A stretch of 9,778 bases of DNA from the sequence record OY723333.1; one strand, 5' to 3'. Positions 5,299 to 9,778 of the stretch are shown here, in pieces; positions within the stretch are counted from its first letter, which is position 1; each line of letters begins with the position of its first letter. The translations under genes and the position numbers were made by a program. The notes beneath the pieces were generated by a model. It saw nothing but the letters and a program-made list of their open reading frames with translations, made no database searches and was not told the DNA's origin.

Positions 5299-6159
5299 CA
5301 TGTCATCAAATGCATGCAATCACATGATGATACTGCTCATGAGTACCTACCCGTAGTAGTATACATGTAGTATCCATGGTATACATAGTACTCGTAGTGT
5401 ATGCTGTTAGGCTATGATGTAGGGGTATCCCGTACCCCTCATACCATCCGTGCATACTACTAGTATCCTGTATATCCTTAGATACTGTATATGATCATAC
5501 GTGCAAACCATGTGTTCAGATGTCTCGAAACATGTGTTTTGGTGTCATGACATACACATTCTATACTACTAATGAGTACCTATCCATGGTATGTGCTGTA
5601 AGGGATACTAGGGGATATGGTGTATACCTCTAATGGGGCATATGCTGCCATTAGGGATACCCCCAATACCTGTAGTACTCTGTATAGCTCATTATGCCAT
5701 GATATGCAATAGTAGTGGATTCGCTCATCTCGACTAGATCATGTCACGAAATGACATGTTTTGGGAGGTGTGCCGATACCCACTAGTAACACAGATACTG
5801 TATGGTATGCAGGTATCCCCATTCCCTCGATAAAGAGGCATCAGGGGATATGCACATGCCACCAGTACACTAGGGACTCCAAGGGGTGCCAAAAGGGGTC
5901 CAAAAGTGCTCATTTTAGGGGTACCCGTAAATGGCATAATTGCCCCGATTTCGCGTACTCAGATTCCTAAGGTCACTGTAAGGAATATGGTCTCCGGCGA
6001 TGGCATTCCCATTGTGTGCATCCGGAAAGGGCATAAAATGACCCATTTTAGGCACTTTTGGGCCTTTTGGGGTCGCGAAAGTGCACATTAAGACCCCTAA
6101 TGTCTCCAAAAGGGTCCAAAATGATGCATTCGTTTTCTGCCTGACTCGGATCCGCCCTT

Positions 6160-6178
6160 CGCGCGCGCGCGCGTGTGT
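6160..6178. repeat. (CG)7(TG)2 alternating pyrimidine-purine tract (unit B copy)
   Basis: Offset 5129 from 1031-1049. Confidence 0.95.
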
Positions 6179-6583
6179 TACTATACACTAAGGGCACACA
6201 ATTTAGGGGTTCCGAGCACCTCCAGACCCCCAATCCGACACCCTCTGGGATACCCTATCTGAGGGGTACGGGCCCGAATCCCTTAGGAGCACCTTAGGGA
6301 TGGCATTGGGGAGGGGTCTGGGAGCACCCAGAAAGGGTCCCAAAACGAGTGATTTAGGGTCCAAAACACCCATTTTGGGAGGTCTCGGGATACCTCAGAT
6401 ACCCCATTTCTGGAGGTCTTGGGGTCCTCAGATCATGGCATCCGTGTCCTCAGATACCTAATACCTATGGTCTGCGAGTCCTTAGTACCTATCTGCATGG
6501 TCTGTATGCCCGTATCCTCTGTGCCATGTCCTCTGTGCATGTCCTCAGTACCTCTCTGCGAGTCCTTAGTACCTATTGCCTAT

Positions 6584-6643
6584 ACCTATCTGCATACCTA
6601 TCTGCATACCTATCTGCATACCTATCTGCATACCTATCTGCAC
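6584..6643. repeat. 12-nt microsatellite ACCTATCTGCA(T/C), 5 units
   Basis: Five units read directly, starting at 6584, 6596, 6608, 6620 and 6632. This is the orthologous position of 1455-1478 and accounts for the +36 nt offset change. It generates the YLHT-repeat in ORF 6419..6691. Confidence 0.95.
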
Positions 6644-7043
6644 AGGTCCTCAGATACATCGCGAGCATCTCCAGACCCCCGGATCTCATGATCTGATGGT
6701 CTCCGGATCCGCTCATGGTCTCCAGATCTGCACATCCCCAGACCCCTAATCCGATACCCACAGCATATGGTCTCATAGTATGTATCTAATGGTGATGGTA
6801 TCCATAGTGGTCTGTATCCCTACTACACACACCATGGTATGTAGTGCATATGGTCTGTATGCCCTCATGGTCTCCGGATCCCTGCATCCCTGGATCCCAT
6901 ACCCATGGCATCCCCAGACCCCCGGATCTCATGATTCCAGACCCCAAATCCATCATTTTGAGACCTCTAAAATCATCATTTTAGACCCCAAAACCATGGA
7001 TTTCAGGTCCTCAGATATGCTCTCCGGGATGCTCGTAATGGTC

Positions 7044-7168
7044 ATAATGGCTCTCAGAGGATATGGGGATACTCCCCGTAGGCCTCTCGGTAGCCCAGGA
7101 TGCACGGAGGGACATTCCCTGTGGAGGTGATCTCCTCAGGTATCCCGTATGCCATATCCTGTCATTAG
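7044..7168 (+). repeat. X element copy 5
   Basis: Unit-B counterpart of X1 at offset 5166. Confidence 0.9.
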
Positions 7169-7188
7169 GTACCCATTCCGACCCATTC

Positions 7189-7835
7189 CATGTCATCAAA
7201 TCATGTGTTTTCATGTCATCAAATGCATGCCAATACCATGATATCTGGTGTTACAGGGACTCCTCTAGATACCCATAGTACTCCATATACTCCCGTAATG
7301 GTGTAATGGTACCCGTAGCCCCCATGTCCTATATACCATAGGATACATGGTCTGCTGGTATGTATCTAGTAGTACTCGTTGCCTGTACCCCTCCGAAAGG
7401 GTCTAAATACACCATTTTAGGGGTCTAAATCACCCATTTTAGGGTCCCAAAAGTGCTCATGGGGGTACCCCCACGAGCCCTTTTTATGACCATTTCTGGG
7501 CTTGATTTGCGGACCCCTTTTGGGGGATTGAATCACCCGTTTTGGTACCTCCAGAAAGGTGCCAAAAGTGGTCATTTTAGACCCCTAAATCATGTATTTA
7601 GACCCTTTTGGGGACCTCATACCATGGCACCATCCTCTGAGCACATACCATGTATCTAGAGGATATGGTCTCCATAGGTATCATGAGGGATACCCCTACC
7701 CTATGATATAGGTACCATGCAGAGCATGTGTACTCCTTATAGCATATGTAGTGATCCCCATGGTCTCTAAGGGATCTGGTGATGTACTGGATATCACCAT
7801 AATCATGTAATCTGAGCACATCGAATCATGTGTTT
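7189..7835. repeat. 647-nt M+T module, copy 2 (occupies the position of the divergent A:2022-2843)
   Basis: Collinear with 3482-4128 at offset 3707 and with 8474-9120 at offset 1285. Only a handful of substitutions, for example GGGGTCTAAATCACCC vs GGGGTCCAAAACACCC. Confidence 0.9.
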
Positions 7836-8027
7836 CATGTCATCAAATGCATGCAATATCATGATATCTGGTGTCTACTGGATACCCTCTATACATCATA
7901 TAGTACCCAAATACCTGCAAGGGCGGATCCTTATGGTTCCCCTTGTACGGATATGCTGTAGTACTAGTGTTAGTGGGTACCATAATGAGTACATATTGAG
8001 TACTTCATATCATCAGATCATGTGTTT
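7836..8027. repeat. S monomer, core-b variant (copy in unit B)
   Basis: Collinear with 2844-3035 at offset 4992. Confidence 0.85.
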
Positions 8028-8233
8028 CATGTCATCAAATGCATGCCATTACATGATATCTGGTGATTACTGGATACTCCCTATATACCATATAGTACTC
8101 CATACACCTCTGCATGGTGTAATGGTACCCGTACTCCCCATGTACTGTATACCATAGGATACATGGTACTAATGGTGTGTATGGTGTTGTACTAGTGGTA
8201 TTAGATGTGTATACCTACTCATAATGAGTACTT
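8028..8233. repeat. S monomer, standard core-a (copy in unit B)
   Basis: Collinear with 3036-3241 at offset 4992. Confidence 0.9.
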
Positions 8234-8242
8234 CATGTCATC

Positions 8243-8256
8243 AAAACACATGATTT
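8243..8256. other. 14-nt anchor spacer in inverted orientation (unit B copy)
   Basis: Same AAAACACATGATTT between CATGTCATC repeats at 8234 and 8257. Confidence 0.9.
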
Positions 8257-8473
8257 CATGTCATCAAATCTATGCAATTACATGATATTCCGTGTATCTA
8301 ATGATGTGCTGGATACTCCCTAATGGCCATAATGGCTCCTTAGAGGTATGGGGATACTCCCCGTAGGCCTCTCGGTAGCCTGGTATGCACAGAGGGACAT
8401 TCCCTGTGGAGGTGGTCTCCTCAGGTATCCCGTATGCCATATCCTGTCATTAGATGTGTATACCTACTCATTT
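8257..8473. repeat. S monomer carrying the X core (contains X6)
   Basis: Collinear with 3265-3481 at offset 4992. Confidence 0.85.
8329..8453 (+). repeat. X element copy 6
   Basis: Unit-B counterpart of X3 at offset 4992. It lies exactly 1,285 nt downstream of X5. Confidence 0.9.
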
Positions 8474-9120
8474 CATGTCATCAAATCATGTGTTTCATGT
8501 CATCAAATGCATGCCAATACCATGATATCTGGTGTTACAGGGACTCCTCTAGATACCCATAGTACTCCATATACTCCCGTAATGGTGTAATGGTACCCGT
8601 AGCCCCCATGTCCTATATACCATAGGATACATGGTCTGCTGGTATGTATCTAGTAGTACTCGTTGCCTGTACCCCTCCGAAAGGGTCTAAATACACCATT
8701 TTAGGGGTCCAAAACACCCATTTTAGGGTCCTAAAAGTGCTCATGGGGGTACCCCCACGAGCCCTTTTTATGACCATTTCTGGGCTTGATTTGCGGACCC
8801 CTTTTGGGGGATTGAATCACCCGTTTTGGTACCTCCAGAAAGGTGCCAAAAGTGGTCATTTTAGACCCCTAAATCATGTATTTAGACCCTTTTGGGGACC
8901 TCATACCATGGCACCATCCTCTGAGCACATACCATGTATCTAGAGGATATGGTCTCCATAGGTATCATGAGGGATACCCCTACCCTATGATATAGGTACC
9001 ATGCAGAGCATGTGTACTCCTTATAGCATATGTAGTGATCCCCATGGTCTCTAAGGGATCTGGTGATGTACTGGATATCACCATAATCATGTAATCTGAG
9101 TACATCAAATCATGTGTTTT
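8474..9120. repeat. 647-nt M+T module, copy 3
   Basis: Collinear with 3482-4128 at offset 4991-4992. Confidence 0.9.
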
Positions 9121-9778
9121 CATGTCATCAAATGCATGCAATTACATGATGATACTACTCATGAGTACCTACTCGTAGTAGTATACATGTGGTATCCACG
9201 GTATACATAGTACTCGTAGTGTATGCTGTTAGGCTATGGTATAGGGGTATCCTGCATCCCTCATACCCTCCGTGCATACTACTAGTATCCTGTGTATCAC
9301 TAGATACTATATGTGTATACATACTACTAATGAGCACATCGAATCATGTGTTTCATGTCATCAAATGCATGCAATATCATGATATCTGGTGACTACTGGA
9401 TACCCTCATAGATACATATAGTACTCCATACACCTCTGTAATGGTGGTATGTACCTGTATGCCCCATGTACTGTATACTACTGTATACATGGTACTAATG
9501 GTGTACATGGTGTAGTACTAGTGGTATTAGATGTGTATGCATACTGCTAATGAGTACATGTAGACACCACATGCTCTGCAAGTTGGACCTTCATCCAGTT
9601 CCCTTGAGGGATATGGGGTCCACTAGTACATGGGGTATATACTGCAGGTATCCCCTATACTGTACATAGTACTAGTAATGGTGTATACTGAGTACTTAGT
9701 GTGTATGCATACTGTTAATGAGCACATCGAATCATGTGTTTCATGTCATCAAATGCATGCAAGTACATGATATCTGGT
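9121..9778. repeat. Start of a third macro-unit, then diverged S monomers running off the window
   Basis: 9121-~9335 matches 170-~365 and 5299-~5494 (CATGTCATCAAATGCATGCA.TTACATGATGATACT...TAGATACT). Relative to those copies it lacks ~70 nt and then continues into anchor motifs at 9354 and 9742. 9560-9700 has no other copy in the window. Confidence 0.8.

Larger units (their letters stand above)
5299..9120. repeat. Macro-unit B of the higher-order direct repeat
   Basis: Direct-orientation copy of 170-4128. The exception is that 7188-7609 (422 nt) replaces A:2022-2616 (595 nt). The duplicated ORF-track entries (605..808 vs 5734..5937, 1614..1964 vs 6780..7130, 3653..3952 vs 8644..8943) simply reflect this DNA duplication. 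Confidence 0.9.

Noticed and set aside
1-9778. Hidden long ORFs under an alternative genetic code.
   Set aside because: Spot checks show ORFs terminated by TAA, TAG and TGA alike, for example TAA at 1581, TGA at 1965 and TAA at 2091 in one frame. Repeat copies also differ by 1-nt indels. No single or double stop reassignment gives a convincing gene.

Overview
I found no credible protein-coding gene, recognisable RNA gene, CRISPR array or mobile-element gene in this 9,778-nt window. The whole window is nested direct repeats. The longest ORF is 116 aa. The ORFs recur only because the DNA recurs, they overlap antisense ORFs, and they break between copies.

Architecture:
- Two copies of a ~3.8-4.0 kb macro-unit lie at 170-4128 and 5299-9120. 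They are roughly 97-99% identical in the stretches where I hand-counted mismatches.
- A 1,170-nt spacer (4129-5298) separates them. A third unit starts directly at 9121 and then diverges.
- Each macro-unit contains a nested 1,285-bp periodicity with 647-bp modules at 3482-4128, 7189-7835 and 8474-9120.
- Below that are ~190-240-bp S monomers. Each opens with a ~45-nt anchor motif (AAATCATGTGTTTTCATGTCATCAAATGCATGC...CATGATATCTGGTG) in the same orientation.
- Between constant monomer flanks sit alternative cores. One is a ~125-nt X element present six times.

Two sequence textures alternate. One is AT-richer and dense in CATG/GTAC. The other is GC-richer, built from degenerate ~25-nt CCAAAA...CATTTTAGGG units, GGTACC-centred palindromes, a (CG)7(TG)2 tract and a G-quadruplex-type motif.

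The best reading is non-coding satellite or higher-order-repeat DNA, more typical of a eukaryotic (possibly protist) chromosome region than of a prokaryotic locus. I cannot assign an organism or function from sequence alone. The features most worth following up are the anchor motif that sits at the rearrangement breakpoints, the cassette-like alternative cores, the X element, and a 595 vs 422 nt segment replacement between macro-units. I see no evidence for a protein-based system here.
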